Translations under genes and position numbers: made by a program
Assembly (NCBI GenBank): GCA_036172245.1
Contig: JAYWIR010000197.1
Span: forward strand, 1-32,676
Reading direction: 5' to 3'
DNA from: Raillietiella orientalis
Taxonomy: Eukaryota
DNA: 32,676 bases
Notes under the pieces: model-generated
What the model saw: only the letters and a program-made list of their open reading frames with translations
What the model was told of the DNA's origin: nothing
Databases searched by the model: none
Part shown: positions 30,967 to 32,676 of the stretch, piece after piece
How the letters are laid out: each line of letters begins with the position of its first letter
Position numbering within the stretch: position 1 is the first letter of the stretch

Positions 30967-32676
30967 TTTTGCCACCCGGATATGCCGGGGCATTTATTAT
31001 TCTAATTTTCTACAAAAATTAGATAATAAAGTCTTTAAAAAGATGTTTTCTGTGGGGAAAACACTGGGTTCTCCCACCTTGCTCGACGTATCGGTTGCCA
31101 GTGCATAGACCGGTTAGGTCCATTCCCGAGGCGCATGGGAAGAGAAAACTAGAACAAAAACAAACAAAAAGAGAGATAACGGGGAGGGAAACAGTTATAT
31201 GGGGAGGGGGGGCAGGGAAGGGATCACTGGGCGCCTGGGTCGGTCCTCCGCATCCTGTTAAGGATGCAGTCAAGTTCGGTTTTTATTGTGAAAGGTAGAC
31301 GCCACCTTGTCGCCGTCTCTAAAGAGATCGTCGTCCAGTGGATGGCGTCTTTGCATCTTGGGCCTCTTCTTCTGGCGTGCCACCTTTGCACAATGCCGCG
31401 CACGCAGCAGAGGACTGCTAGAGACGCAGCGGGGCGCAGGCCGTCACGCAGAAAGAGGCGACGGTAAATTTCCTTAGGGTCGCCTACTGGAAGATGGAGG
31501 ATTGGGGCGATTCGACTCCAGAGTCCATCCAGGGCGACACACTCGAGGGTGAGATGCGGGAAGGTTTCTCTTTCTCCGCACTCGACACAGCGGGCATCCA
31601 CATTCCCCAGTGTCCAGTGAGACAGGCGTGCTCTGCTTAACAGTCCCCAGTGCAGAAATAGCAACGCCGTCTCCTGCCACTTCAACGGGAGTGTGCCGCA
31701 ATCCCAACACGCTGGGGGCCACTTCACCTCCTCCGGAGGTATTGCGAGCAGCTCTCCCCAGCGCGCAAGTCCGTGAGGCAGGACGCTCGGGGTGGCAGCG
31801 TCCGTGAGCTCCCGAGTCGTCCACGCCTTTAAAGGCTTTTTCCTGCCTCGGATGAGGCAGGACACTTCCCACGATGCCCGCTCGTTGCTGCTCCTAGTGT
31901 TTTTTAGGGAGGACAGAACGGGGGCAAGGGGGCTGAAAGAAACCCACAGAAACTTCCGGGGCGTGTTGATAATATCCTGCAGCGGCTGTCGAGCGTACGG
32001 TCCTCGTCGTAGGCAGTTGTATTCCGCCTCGCTCGTGCCGTTGATCTTAGCCCACGCGGAAGCTGACTCCTGAAGCCAGGCAGTGCAGTTCGCGGGGAGG
32101 CAGGAGATCCAGGTATTCTCCCTCATCAGGGCGACCAACTGGCGCAAATCGGGGCCACAGTTGGAGAGGCTGCGCTGGTAGGCCACAAGAATCGAGGACA
32201 ATCCTTCGCAACCGGTCGCTCTTCTGGCAAGGAGCCGTGCGGGATCGCACCATGGCGTCATCCATAAGCTAGCCGCAAGGGCTAACTTTCAAAGTGTTGT
32301 CTGTAGTTGGATGCGCTCCAACGTAAGGAGGCCCAAGCCACCATCCCTGCGTGGAGCGCACAAGTCTTTCAATCGGACTCGCTACCTCGCTGTGCCCCAA
32401 AGGGCAGTCCTCAAGAGGGCTTTGGTCCGTCTCTGTATCATGGGAGGGGCGGGGCAAACAAAAAGTAAGGGGCGAAGGAGGGGGGCCGCGAACGCGTTCC
32501 ACACGGCGGCCCGCTCCTGCAAGTTAAACTTGCCGTTCCGGAACGGGCCGATTGCCAACTCCACCTTTTGGAGACGGTCGGACCAGGCTTCTGCAACGCA
32601 GAAGTCCCCCAACGGAACGCCAAGGTACTTGAAGCACCTGCCCGTGGGGATCCCCAGACGGACCCAGTCCTGCTGC
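30967..32676 (-). mobile_element. LINE copy H: 3' part, continues beyond the window (same subfamily as C)
   Basis: 3' motif at 30967-30998 and ORF2 stop at 31224. CVECGERETFPHLTLEC and FKYLGVP. It is a near-identical inverted match to about 2410-4125. Confidence 0.9.

Noticed and set aside
1..32676. Bacterial RT system (retron, DGR, group II intron, CRISPR-RT)
   Set aside because: The RT is fused to an APE endonuclease and a CCHC finger behind a gag-like ORF1, with TSD and AATAAA. No msr/msd, TR/VR pair, intron domain V or repeat-spacer array is visible.

Overview
The whole 32.7-kb window is a nested cluster of one non-LTR retrotransposon family (L1/Tx1-like LINE). No host gene, RNA gene or prokaryotic feature is recognisable, so the source is most likely a eukaryote. 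The element has a ~85-nt 5'UTR, ORF1 (gag-like, two CCHC knuckles), ORF2 (APE endonuclease, reverse transcriptase with YADD, C-terminal CCHC finger) and a structured 3'UTR. About 14 fragments of several diverged subfamilies lie in both orientations. Nearly all are pseudogenised, and they abut one another with no unique spacer. I can place 5 intact 5' ends (GCNNACGTGTTT-like) and 8 intact 3' ends (AATAAA + CCCGG-loop-CCGGG hairpin, no poly(A) tract). The main observation is apparent self-targeting. Junctions recur at the same nucleotides in the element's own RT gene, at two conserved, covarying stem-loops encoding WRPI..DAK and AVD..KAFDC. One insertion has a perfect 15-bp TSD, and uninterrupted 'empty site' versions of both sites occur in sister copies. 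The endonuclease appears to lack the usual DNA-recognition loop, and ORF2 lacks an AUG at the ORF1/ORF2 overlap in two of three copies. Mechanistic readings are inference, and similarities were judged by eye.
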